Virus record (IMG/VR): IMGVR_UViG_3300042940_001591
Source: a virus
Lineage: Duplodnaviria; Caudoviricetes
DNA length: 64,000 nucleotides
Reading direction: 5' to 3' (one strand)
A model generated the notes under the pieces. That model was not told where the DNA came from and did no database searches. It was given only the letters and a program-made list of their open reading frames with translations. This document shows positions 37,243-48,100 of the stretch, piece by piece; the first letter of the stretch is position 1; every line of letters begins with the position of its first letter. The position numbers and the translations under genes were made by a program.

Positions 37243-38859
37243 TTAGAAATCAAGTTTTACATTAAACACTTGAATAGCGTCTCTTTTTGTGGGTGCACTA
37301 AACTTACCCGTAACCATCGTTTCTTTATTTGAATTTAATAAAGCAACTTCTGTAATATATTTATATCCAGATTTTTCAGTACCGTCTGGATTATATTTTG
37401 TTGGATTTTGAGATGTTTCGAATTTACCAGCGGGTAAATTAATAACGAAATTCATTACTTGAACATCCGTCCCAATTACAGTACTTACGGTCCCTTCCGT
37501 ATATGTTCTTTCTTTTCCAAAATTAGTTAAAGAAGATGTGTATTGTGTTGTTCCACTTAAAGTAATTTTACTTTGATTGATTGTAAATGTGTGTCCGTTT
37601 TGTAAATCTGTTATACTACTTAATTCTCCTGTGAAATTTATTGAGTTCCAATCATTTGGGAGTGGTTGCTCTCCGTTATCTGTAAATTGATACAGTATGT
37701 GAATTTGTGTTGCATTATAACCACTATTTAAATGTTTAAATCCCCCACTATTAAATTTAACAGTAACATTCTCATCATTAGTTGTACCCGTTACTTTCAT
37801 AAAATAACTACAAGGTAAATCTCCTGACACTGTACCTCCACTTAAAACATATGTTACCCATAACGTTTGACCTGTTGTTAAACCTGTAATTGGGTTATCA
37901 TTTGTAATATAACTACTAACTTTTGGTGCTGTTAGAGTATAATTTCTGGTAGAACCTGTATCTAAAACCGCAACAATTTCTTGATCATCAAATACTATAA
38001 TTTTTTGATTAAAGAAAATTTTACCGACACTATATTCATTAACGTCTAATAAATCAACATAATCAAGTTGGAAGTCTGAATTATATTCACTTGTTACTGA
38101 TTTTGTTTTTCCCGTACTCATATGAAATATTGTACCTGTGGAATTATCACTTAATCTATGATACATTAAATTTGGTATTGTAACTTCAAAAAAATCAACA
38201 TCTTTTTTATTACTAGGATTTTTAGTTGTATCATATATTGGAGTACCACTATAGTTACTAATATAGTCATCATATTTAAAAAACTTATACGGATCAACTG
38301 TAGTACCACTTTCTGAATAATGTAAAATTGCAATTGAATTTTGTTCTTCAGGTAATATTTCAACCTCTTCTAACATTGTGTTTCTTATTGTTGTACCTGT
38401 TATTGTTCCTCCCGAATAGTTAACAAAAGTTTGACCTGTTGAAGATGTGTATCCTAAATAACTTTTAACACCACTATAAACATTGCTTTGATAGTCTTTT
38501 AATGCTATTGTATCACTAACACCTAATGGTTTATTTTCCCAAACTGTGTTTAATGTCCATCCACTATTCGCTGTGATTATATTTCTACATTGTTGATTTT
38601 CATCATCTGGACTTTCAACGGGGATACCATAAATTGTGGAACCGGTTGCTGAATATAAAAATGGGTACTTAACATGTGTATTTTTATCAAGTGGTGCGAA
38701 TACTCGTTGACTTGTAAGACCGCTTAAATTATAATTATATTCAGAATCACCTATAGAAAAATAACTAATTAAGAAATCACCTTTGGCAATGGCATTTCTA
38801 CCTGCCTTAGTTAATCTTGCTGAAACTGTGGGTGTAAACCCTGTATTTAAGAAACTCAT
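37243..38859 (-). CDS. virion structural protein (baseplate/tail-associated candidate)
   Basis: N-terminus SARLTKAGRNAIAKG..ISYFSIGDSE and C-terminus YITEVALLNSNKETMVTGKFS..VKLDF, typical of jumbo-phage structural proteins; TATTTATA at 38864. Confidence 0.7.
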   Translation of the reverse strand: MSFLNTGFTPTVSARLTKAGRNAIAKGDFLISYFSIGDSEYNYNLSGLTSQRVFAPLDKNTHVKYPFLYSATGSTIYGIPVESPDDENQQCRNIITANSGWTLNTVWENKPLGVSDTIALKDYQSNVYSGVKSYLGYTSSTGQTFVNYSGGTITGTTIRNTMLEEVEILPEEQNSIAILHYSESGTTVDPYKFFKYDDYISNYSGTPIYDTTKNPSNKKDVDFFEVTIPNLMYHRLSDNSTGTIFHMSTGKTKSVTSEYNSDFQLDYVDLLDVNEYSVGKIFFNQKIIVFDDQEIVAVLDTGSTRNYTLTAPKVSSYITNDNPITGLTTGQTLWVTYVLSGGTVSGDLPCSYFMKVTGTTNDENVTVKFNSGGFKHLNSGYNATQIHILYQFTDNGEQPLPNDWNSINFTGELSSITDLQNGHTFTINQSKITLSGTTQYTSSLTNFGKERTYTEGTVSTVIGTDVQVMNFVINLPAGKFETSQNPTKYNPDGTEKSGYKYITEVALLNSNKETMVTGKFSAPTKRDAIQVFNVKLDF

Positions 38860-38895
38860 ATTTTATAAATATTATTTGTAATTGTTTTATTTTTA

Positions 38896-41800
38896 TCAAC
38901 CTCCTGGAAGTGGGTCACCTCCTCCACCGCCGCCAACCACACATTCGGCGGTGTCTGTGTTTTGAATTGTTCCATCATTACTAAATATTCTTTGATGTGA
39001 CCCATTTTGGTCGTTAAAAAACCATTCGCCTTGCATAGCTAATCCCGCATCTTCCCATTCTGTTGGGGTGGTTCCATTTAAAAAATATTTATAAGTACCA
39101 TTTAGTACAAACGATTGGTACGGGCTAGTTAATGATTTGGCATTGGCACATGTTAAATAATAAAGATCGGACATTTGCCAACATGTTGAATTATTACCTG
39201 TTACAACTGCATTCGTCGTATTATATGTTGATGAACATGGATTATTATCAATTTTTAGTTGATATTGAATCCCTGTTGAGCAATATGGTGAACCCGAATC
39301 AATCCAATTAGCTGAGGTACTTGGTGCTGAGGTTAACATTGAATCTATTGATGTAAATGTTTGGGCTCCGCTTGTTCCGTTACTAAATTGATTTCCCGTA
39401 AAGTTTGAATTTGTATTTTCATATATATCGTATTGGTAAACAGTACCACTATTACATTCCCATCTTGCCCCACGAGATGTTAAATAAGTAGGTGCTGTTG
39501 ATACTGGTGTTTGTGTTGGTGTTGGTGTCATTGATAATGATGGTACAGGTGTGTCACATGGAGTCCAGTCTTGTATAATTCCACTACTATTAATTGATGC
39601 TACCATTGTAAAGTTACCTGAAGTTCCTTGTATTTTAATTGCATACCATTTACCCGCACCATTAGGTGTTGTACCATCGGTTGTTACATTACCAGTGTAT
39701 AATTGATATGTTATTCCTGATGTGATACTTGTTTCATTTACATAAAGGTTACCACTATTTAATTGGGTATATCCAAGATTTAAGGCTAGTTGTTGTTCGT
39801 TTACGCCACATACTTCCGACTTAATTGTTGTTAAATCAACCGTATCTCTTGTCCACGCAGTAACATATGCGGTTCTATTTTCAGGTGGTGGTGTTGGGTC
39901 AGTACAGCCTGTGTAGGTTGTTTTCTGAATATTTCCATTATACGTGTTTGGTACTTCTCTTTGTGTTGTATATGAACCTGTATATGTAAATTTAACACTA
40001 TCACTTGGTCTTACATATCGTTGTCCAATACCTAAATTAGGAATAATAGTTGTAAATGCATATTCCGTACCAGGTGAGCACTCAGACAATTCATAATATG
40101 TAATTAAAATTGTTGGTGTTGGAGTTGTAGTTGGCGTTGGCGTTTGGCTTTGTGTGGCCGCTGGCGTGGCTGCAGGTGTTGATGTTGGCGTTTGGGTTTG
40201 TGTAGCCGCAGGTGTTGCCGTTGGCGTTTGTGTTGGCGTTTGGCTTTGTGTAGCGGCTGGTGTTGCTGTTGCCGTTGGTGTTGCCGTTGGTGTTGCCGTT
40301 ATAGTGGCTGTTGGTGTTGCCGTTATAGTAGCTGTTGGTGTAACCGTTAGAGTAGGTGTAGGTGTTGGTGTTTTAGTTTGCGTTGGTGTCGGTGTTTGAG
40401 TTTTGGTTTGTGTTGGTGTAGGTGTGGGTGTTAACGGCATTATATCATCACATTGGTAATCTAAACCGTCTCTTGAATTGTCATTAGGTATTGCATATCT
40501 TGGTCTAGGATATGTGTGTTTTGATCTATTAAATAAATTATTTTCAGTTAAATTTCCTCCTGTCCATAAAGTCGTTGCTGGAATAAATTGTTCAATAATT
40601 TTCATCCAATTAGGACTCATTTTAGTTATGAACGCATTTAAATCAACATCAGTATAAGGAGTAAAATTTGTATTCTTTACATATTCATTATAAACCTGTT
40701 CTAATGTAAAGTATGATTTATTATATTTTGATTCACTTGTAGAAATAAAACCATTTAAAACTTCTTTAGTAAATTCTTCGAATGTTACACCTGACGTATA
40801 TTGTGGTGTAATTCCCCCGATTGAAATTTCTAAATTTCTTGATTGTCTATAAATGTCATATTCGATGCATTGCGCGGAAGATAAATAAACCCCAATATTC
40901 TTTCTATTAAGAATTAATTTAGAATCGTATTCGTCATCACTAACACTTATTTTTAAATTGTCTATTTTAGGTTCTAATTCAAAACCATATTCTAATCCAG
41001 GTAAAATTCTAAAATAATTAAAATAATCCTCACCGTATGTATAATCTTTAGGTTTAGTTTTTATAGTTTTAGTTCTTCCTGTTAATTGGAAAACTCCATT
41101 GATAGTTGTACCACTAGATGTACTTTCATCTAAAACATCTGAAGACCTATGACTTAATGTTAAATCATACCAACCTGAACCCTTTTGGAAAAATATATCA
41201 TCTTTTTCGTTTGTTATTTTTCTAGGTAATCCATCAGTATCGACTGGATATTCATCTCTTGTTAAATTAGTTGTTCCCGTTATTGTATTTTCAGTAAATC
41301 CTGTTCCATTATAACCCGTAATAACAAATTCGGTTTTTGTACCTTGTATTAAATTATAAACGTCATTTTGTACGTTATCATTTAATTTAGATTTTACTTT
41401 ATAAACGTATTCGTTTATTTTAATCATTGGTTCGGGTGCTCCTAAAAATCTTAAAAAGAATTCGATTGAGTTCCTTGTACCTTTTGATTTATAAATGTGT
41501 GAAAGATTAACTAATAATCTTCTATAAAATTCATGTTCAGATTCAATTAAGTTTTTACCAATTGACTGTCCACCATATACACTATCTTGTCTTGTGTATA
41601 AAGTATCTTCTATATTTTGTTCATTGAATAAATTATGTGAATCTAACCCTAAATTATCTGATAAGTTTTTTAATAGTAAATCTGGAACGTTATTAATACC
41701 ATCATATGTAACATTTCTCATGTTAGCGATGTTATCAATATATTTCTTTACCCTATCAAAACTTTGTCCATATAATTGAAATATTGTTTCTCCCTTTTTG

Positions 41801-42834
41801 TCATTTGTGTCGAATTCAAATAACTGTGGTGCTGCTAAAAATCTAACAACTAAGTTAGATTTATAATCATCTATCTCGTCAGCTAAATCACTTAATTTTG
41901 AAATGTAATCATCAAAATCTAAACCTACAGTTTGTAAGTTCCATCCATCTAACGCTAACGGCCAATTAACTTCAACAGTAATAATATCTGTTGTTCCTCC
42001 ATCAGAACTATCTCTTGGTACTTTAAAACTTGCCTCGTATTTTGGATTGGTTTCTCTATTAAGTAAAAGTTCTTCTAAGTCATCTAAATTATTAAAGAAC
42101 TCTTCAGTTACCCCATTATTGGGTCTAATTAAAAAACTATTTGTAGTTCCTGTAACTCCACTAAATGGATTACCTGAAACCTTTAAAGTAATATTTGTAG
42201 TACTTGTTGGTTCGGAATATGATAATATATCATAAGTTGTTCCACTATAATCTACAACGTATTTTTTATATGTGGAATAAAAATTTCTAAAATTGTTACT
42301 TGTCTCACTAATCGTTAAACTTTGTGGTTCGTTAATAACAATATCAAATGGATTATATAAACTTGATTTTTCTATCTCAAACTGTGTTGTTTTTGATATT
42401 GTATCGTATGTGATGTTCTGTGCAGTATAATCTGAAATTCTAACAGGTATTGTACCATCAACATAAAGAGCTGCTGGAAACTTTTTTACAATTCTTGAAA
42501 TTGATACGTTTAATCTTTGTTTTAATGAACCGAATAAAGATTTACCGGCATCGTCAGTACTACCTTTGAATTTAATACTTTCTTTTTTCTCTGCAACACC
42601 GTCTTGTGTAGTTACAGCAGTTGTCTCTTCTTTTAATGAATCTAACGTTAAGAAATCCGAAAATGGTGACGTTTTAAAATTTTTACTATCTCTTTGTGGG
42701 ATAATTTTATCTAACGCAAAATTGGTATTGGTTAATTGACTGCTACCGTCGGTAATTTGTACACCGACTAAACTATCACTAAACGTTTGTAATCCATTCG
42801 CCGCTTGGCTTGGTACCTTTGTAAATTTTGCCAT
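38896..42834 (-). CDS. large virion structural protein with Thr-Pro stalk and accessory C-terminal domains
   Basis: [14 protein letters not shown] baseplate-wedge-like motif, [13 protein letters not shown] repeat, Cys-bounded C-terminal modules. Confidence 0.75.
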   Translation of the reverse strand: MAKFTKVPSQAANGLQTFSDSLVGVQITDGSSQLTNTNFALDKIIPQRDSKNFKTSPFSDFLTLDSLKEETTAVTTQDGVAEKKESIKFKGSTDDAGKSLFGSLKQRLNVSISRIVKKFPAALYVDGTIPVRISDYTAQNITYDTISKTTQFEIEKSSLYNPFDIVINEPQSLTISETSNNFRNFYSTYKKYVVDYSGTTYDILSYSEPTSTTNITLKVSGNPFSGVTGTTNSFLIRPNNGVTEEFFNNLDDLEELLLNRETNPKYEASFKVPRDSSDGGTTDIITVEVNWPLALDGWNLQTVGLDFDDYISKLSDLADEIDDYKSNLVVRFLAAPQLFEFDTNDKKGETIFQLYGQSFDRVKKYIDNIANMRNVTYDGINNVPDLLLKNLSDNLGLDSHNLFNEQNIEDTLYTRQDSVYGGQSIGKNLIESEHEFYRRLLVNLSHIYKSKGTRNSIEFFLRFLGAPEPMIKINEYVYKVKSKLNDNVQNDVYNLIQGTKTEFVITGYNGTGFTENTITGTTNLTRDEYPVDTDGLPRKITNEKDDIFFQKGSGWYDLTLSHRSSDVLDESTSSGTTINGVFQLTGRTKTIKTKPKDYTYGEDYFNYFRILPGLEYGFELEPKIDNLKISVSDDEYDSKLILNRKNIGVYLSSAQCIEYDIYRQSRNLEISIGGITPQYTSGVTFEEFTKEVLNGFISTSESKYNKSYFTLEQVYNEYVKNTNFTPYTDVDLNAFITKMSPNWMKIIEQFIPATTLWTGGNLTENNLFNRSKHTYPRPRYAIPNDNSRDGLDYQCDDIMPLTPTPTPTQTKTQTPTPTQTKTPTPTPTLTVTPTATITATPTATITATPTATPTATATPAATQSQTPTQTPTATPAATQTQTPTSTPAATPAATQSQTPTPTTTPTPTILITYYELSECSPGTEYAFTTIIPNLGIGQRYVRPSDSVKFTYTGSYTTQREVPNTYNGNIQKTTYTGCTDPTPPPENRTAYVTAWTRDTVDLTTIKSEVCGVNEQQLALNLGYTQLNSGNLYVNETSITSGITYQLYTGNVTTDGTTPNGAGKWYAIKIQGTSGNFTMVASINSSGIIQDWTPCDTPVPSLSMTPTPTQTPVSTAPTYLTSRGARWECNSGTVYQYDIYENTNSNFTGNQFSNGTSGAQTFTSIDSMLTSAPSTSANWIDSGSPYCSTGIQYQLKIDNNPCSSTYNTTNAVVTGNNSTCWQMSDLYYLTCANAKSLTSPYQSFVLNGTYKYFLNGTTPTEWEDAGLAMQGEWFFNDQNGSHQRIFSNDGTIQNTDTAECVVGGGGGGDPLPGG
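40110..40435 (-). repeat. Thr-Pro/Thr-Ala-Thr low-complexity coding repeat
   Basis: [14 protein letters not shown]...[12 protein letters not shown]. Confidence 0.9.
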
Positions 42835-43760
42835 TATTCGGTAATGTTGTCAAAGTCTAAACTTTCATCAATGATTTCTCTCTCTTCTCTAACCTCATAC
42901 ATTGTTTCATTGAATTCGTCTTTAACTTCAAACAAGTTATATTGTTTGTATATTGCGTTATTGTTATTATTATCATAGATGGTGTAGATACCCGGAGTAA
43001 TCGCCTTCGTTTGATTACCGTAAAGAGCGTGAGCCAATGTACTTGCATCGTGTTCTACCATTTCTATTTCAAGTGTAGTTGGGTTAAAAAATGTATTTGT
43101 TAAAATAATGTTTTGTCCTGGTTGTCCAATAAATGGAACCACGTTTGGTCTACTTGATGGTGATGACGATGGTGTTATTGTTAAAAAAACCAAATTTGAT
43201 GTTTGGTCTGTATATTGATAACGTATTGCTTTGTCCGTTGAATTAGACAAATTTGACACTATTGGTTGACAATAAAATGAAGATGTAACAACTCTATAAA
43301 AGTTTGGTATTTTTTGAAAAGTACCATTTGTATTAATATACTCAATTCTATATCCAACTAAACCTTGTGGTGTAAATCTATTTCTATATGCAGCAGGTAC
43401 GTTATTTAAATCAATAACTAAACCCCTTACAGATGGTAATGACGCTAAAACTCCACAATCTGTAATTGATGTTCTAATTTGTTTTGGTCTAAGATGTAAT
43501 GTGTAAACACCAAGTTCTGAGAATTTCTCAGATGTTAACTTCAAATTGTATAAACCTCCCAAGATTTCATTTCCTTGTACATTAGAATCGTCAACAGTAT
43601 TCTGATTATGATATACCGGTGTTAAAACGTCCTCAGCATTTAATCTTGTCAAGGTAATTGGTGCTGTGGTTGTTCTACCAGAAGTATAATGATATAAAAT
43701 CTCAACATCTTCTGGTGATACATCTGCGGGTCTTACAATACCATAACTTCCTACTGCCAT
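42834..43760 (-). CDS. conserved virion structural protein
   Basis: 308 aa, TAATG-coupled to the next gene, TATTTATA at 43772-43779. Confidence 0.75.
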   Translation of the reverse strand: MAVGSYGIVRPADVSPEDVEILYHYTSGRTTTAPITLTRLNAEDVLTPVYHNQNTVDDSNVQGNEILGGLYNLKLTSEKFSELGVYTLHLRPKQIRTSITDCGVLASLPSVRGLVIDLNNVPAAYRNRFTPQGLVGYRIEYINTNGTFQKIPNFYRVVTSSFYCQPIVSNLSNSTDKAIRYQYTDQTSNLVFLTITPSSSPSSRPNVVPFIGQPGQNIILTNTFFNPTTLEIEMVEHDASTLAHALYGNQTKAITPGIYTIYDNNNNNAIYKQYNLFEVKDEFNETMYEVREEREIIDESLDFDNITE

Positions 43761-43785
43761 ATCTTTTTATTTATAAATATAATTT

Positions 43786-44466
43786 TTATTGTTTTTTCAC
43801 TTTAAAATACCCACCACTATACACACTTAGTTCTCCCATGTTATCAACTTCACCTAATCTTAGGTTCACTTCCATCACTCCTTGTTTACCTCTTTCAACA
43901 AAAACATCAGAATAAACGGTTGGTTGTTCCACAAATCCCAAGAAATGTTCGTTTCTCGTTAATATAGAGTCATATATCGTTTCTTTAGTAAATCCCGAAG
44001 TATTTCCTGTTATCATCGTATAACCGTCCTCATAGTCCCTATAATAAAGATGTTGTGAACCCATTGTTTGCCCCGTATATGTAAATGTATAATCTTTGTA
44101 TTTTAACCCTTCATTTGTTGTACCCGTAGTTACTCCAACATATTCGGTTGACCCATATTTTCTTTTTTCTTCAATTCTACTTCCACCAACCGCTAAAAAC
44201 GTTGTTCCGGTATAACCTGTAATTACACTTATTACCGTCCCGTTTGTTGTATAACCCGTAGTGGTACCAGATGGTAAATGTTGTTCATATGGATATGGTG
44301 TGATTGGTGACTGTCCCAAAGTGGTATTATCGTGTTGATAATAACCCGAATCTCTAAAATCTAAAAAACTTTGTGTTACCGAATCGATAGATGAATACGT
44401 ACCATCTTCCAAAAGGAATGATGGGATAACGAATGACATTGTTGCAAAACTACCGAAATTTGACAT
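43786..44466 (-). CDS. putative structural protein
   Basis: 226 aa; C-terminal VYSDVFVERGKQ...RLGEVDNMGEL. Confidence 0.7.
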   Translation of the reverse strand: MSNFGSFATMSFVIPSFLLEDGTYSSIDSVTQSFLDFRDSGYYQHDNTTLGQSPITPYPYEQHLPSGTTTGYTTNGTVISVITGYTGTTFLAVGGSRIEEKRKYGSTEYVGVTTGTTNEGLKYKDYTFTYTGQTMGSQHLYYRDYEDGYTMITGNTSGFTKETIYDSILTRNEHFLGFVEQPTVYSDVFVERGKQGVMEVNLRLGEVDNMGELSVYSGGYFKVKKQ

Positions 44467-44545
44467 AATTTAAATTGTACACTAGTAAATATCTTTACTA
44501 TGTATTTGGTACAATATAAACAATTAATTACTTTTAATAAATGAA

Positions 44546-45154
44546 TTATTCTACGAACCAATAAAAATTAACATCTCTTGATAATCCTGATGGGGTATAT
44601 GTCAATCTATACGCTGAGGTGTTAATTGACTGGTCTGGTGTATAAGTACTTCTTGTCATCCCGAACATTTGTAAAGTTGTAGACCCTATAATACGAGCAC
44701 CTAAAGTACCAGCTAAAAAAGCTCCTGTACTGAGTCCACCTGATGTTGATACGTGTGTAACTGTAAAATCTGTCTCACTTATAAAAGAATAAACATCCGT
44801 CTCCCCAATTATTACTTCATAACTACCACCTCCACCATCACGTCCACCAGCCGCGATAAAAGTTTCAGGTGATGCTCCATATGTGGTGGCTTCTATTGGG
44901 CCTGGTCTATATGATTGTAAAGCCTCTATTGATATATTAATATCCGCCGAGCTACTACAAACACCAGTACTTGTTACTCTAATTGTAACATCTCCCGGAT
45001 TAACCGTAACATTATATCCACTTATTAATGATGCTCTAGAAACACTTGTTGCGTACTGAGTACTTGTACCCAAATGATCAATAATTGCCACTGTAAAATT
45101 ATTTGCTGCCGTTGCCAAATTTAATCCCGTTCCTGTTACTGTTACTACTGCCAT
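44546..45154 (-). CDS. small virion accessory protein
   Basis: 202 aa, own TATTTATA at 45159-45166; N-terminal module ending VTSTGVC. Confidence 0.65.
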   Translation of the reverse strand: MAVVTVTGTGLNLATAANNFTVAIIDHLGTSTQYATSVSRASLISGYNVTVNPGDVTIRVTSTGVCSSSADINISIEALQSYRPGPIEATTYGASPETFIAAGGRDGGGGSYEVIIGETDVYSFISETDFTVTHVSTSGGLSTGAFLAGTLGARIIGSTTLQMFGMTRSTYTPDQSINTSAYRLTYTPSGLSRDVNFYWFVE

Positions 45155-45199
45155 ATTCTATAAATATTTGTTTTTTTTTTGTTTTATTCTTTTTTTTAA

Positions 45200-48100
45200 T
45201 TAGTTAATTTCTTCCAAATCACTACAGTTCATTAAACCTAACGATGCACACGGTGAAGTGTAATCACTACAAAATCCACCAGGTTCAGCTTTACACGAAT
45301 AAGTAGTAGTACCTCCACCACCTCCACCAGTTGGTGCTACATAAGGGTCGTTACCTCCACACCATTGGCTATTATCACATTTTCCACCTATTCCAATTAC
45401 CATTCCAACATCTTCAACAAATTGGAATCCAGAAACACCATATCTAAATGATACCGATATGGTACTACAAATGTTAATTAATATACCTCCACCTGGACCA
45501 ACAGCTTGTTCGAAATCACCATAAGGTCGAGTAACGTATGTATTATCAGTTTTTCTATATTCAATATATAAGTCTTGACCATTATTCGTTAACATACTTG
45601 TTGGGATGTAAATACTATAACAATTTCCTATACAAGCAGTAGTACCAACCACTCCACTAGTTGTAACACAACCATTAGCATCGGTAACTTCAAGACAGTA
45701 TCCATATTCATCAATACTACTAACAGAAACAGATGGTGACCCTGAAGTTACACCTGTATATGTTCCAACTAAAGTTCCTCCACAGGTATTATAAGGTGCT
45801 GACGTGTCAGCATATAATCTATATGTTTTAGGGAATACTCCTCCAGATGACGACAATGTAATTGCACCATCCGCGGTTCCGTTACAAGTTGCAAATGTAT
45901 CAACCGTAATAGTTGCAGTTTGTTCTGCAGGTTGAGTAATTACTATTGTTGTAATAACATTTACACAACCAGCTCCGTCTTTAACGTATATTGAATATGT
46001 CCCGATACTTAAATTACTGAACAAACCGCTTGATTGGTAATTTTCTCCGTCTCTTGAATAGGTATATCCAGAACCACTTCCACCTGATGGACTTGATACG
46101 GTAATTGAACCGTTAGATCCACCATAACAACTTACATTAGCGGCTAATGTATTTGCGGTAGGTGCGGATTTAGATAATGTTACACTGTTAGAAAATGCAA
46201 CACATCCACCATCTGAAACCATTACCGAATATGTTCCGGTTGGTTTATCTGAGAATGTACCACTTGCCTGTGGACTTCCATAACTTATACCATCGGTACT
46301 AATATAATATGTAAGACTTGCAACGCCGCCAGATGCTGTGGCAACAACTGAACCTGTATTACCTGTCCAACATGTTGGGTGATTTCCCACCGCCAACGAT
46401 ACCGTTATTTGTCCTGGTTGTGTCACCGTTACTGAATACCAATCACTTTCACAACCTTGACCGTCTTTTATTTTGTAATAATAGGTTCCTGCTGGTTTAC
46501 TACCGTATGACCTACTTGTTGTGGTCTCTTGATAAGATCCTCCTGATTGTGTATTAACATCACTAAGTTTAATCGAATATGGTCCTCCTTGTCCTCCACC
46601 CATGGAAGAAATAACAATAGTTCCTGATGAATTACCATAACAATCAACATTAGTAACACTAGTCGATGCTGATGGTTGACTTCTAGCTAAATCAATTCCA
46701 AAAACAGATGAAATACAACTTGGTGTGTTTCTATCTCTTATTTTAGCATAATAATATCCACTAGATAAACTATTAAATGTTGCACTTGTTTGCCATGTTC
46801 TACTAGCATTAGCCGTATCGACATTTAATGAAATTGAATAATCGTATAAACCTGAACTACCAGACCCAGACAATATTATTTGTCCTGTTGTACCTGTCCA
46901 ACATGTTGGTATAGTTGTTGAAGATGTTGTTACACTAAGTTGTGATGGTTGTGTTACGGTTGCATTTGTGCTACCAACTTCACCATATGTATCTTTTGCA
47001 TATATATCATAACTACCAGCGGTTAAATTGGAAAATGTTGCACTAGCTTGGTAATTTGTTCCGTCTTTAGAATATGTATAATTTGCGGTACCTCCAGCAA
47101 CGCTACTTACAACAATTGAACCCGTACTACCATAACATGTTGCGTTAGTGACTGACAATGATGGTGTAATTGTTACGTCGGTAATTGATATTGTTATTGT
47201 TTTATCAAATGTTAAACTTGTACTATCAGTTACTCGTACTCTAATATAATATATCGCCTGTGCTTCGTAGTTAAACACTGCAGCACTTTTTAATACTCCC
47301 GATGTAATTGTGAAACTACTATTATCAGGATAATTTACAGTATCGTGTAATGCAAATGTCATTACACCACCTTCAGGGTCTGTAGCTGAGAATGTACCGA
47401 TTGTTGTACCTGTTGGTACATTTTCGGATATTGACGCTGAACTTATTGAGATATCGGTTGGTGCCTCGTTTACGTTTGTAACTGTGATTGTAAATGTTGC
47501 TTCGTGATATAATCCACCTGCATCTGTTGTTCTAACTCTAATTGAATATGTTGATGGTGATTTAGCCTCATAGTTAAACACAGATGTATTTCTTAAATTC
47601 GCACCACTAATATTAAATGATGCATTATCTGTGTCGCCAGTACCTGCAACTAAACTATATGTAAATGTATCTCCACTATCCACATCCGATGTTGAGAATG
47701 TGCCTATTGTTGTATTTGATGCCGTATTTTCAGCTTGTGATGTATTACTTAATAATAATGCATATGGTGTTTCATTAACATTATTTATAGTAATTGTAAA
47801 TTGTTTTTCAGTATATTGTCCAATGCTATCCGTACTTCTAACTCTAATTAAGTATGAAGTTTTTGATTCGTAGTTTGGTATAAATCCATTTTTTAACGAT
47901 GAACCTGTTATTGTAAAACTACCATTGTTATCATCTCCTGTGCCCGCAACTAATGTATAAGTGTATGTATCACCCGGATCAAGACTTGTTGAACTAAATG
48001 TACCTATGGTTGTACCTGTTGCAGTATTTTCATTTATTGAACTATTACTTAATGAAATATCCGTTGGTGGGTAGTTTGGTGTTGCGGAAGGTGTTGGAGT

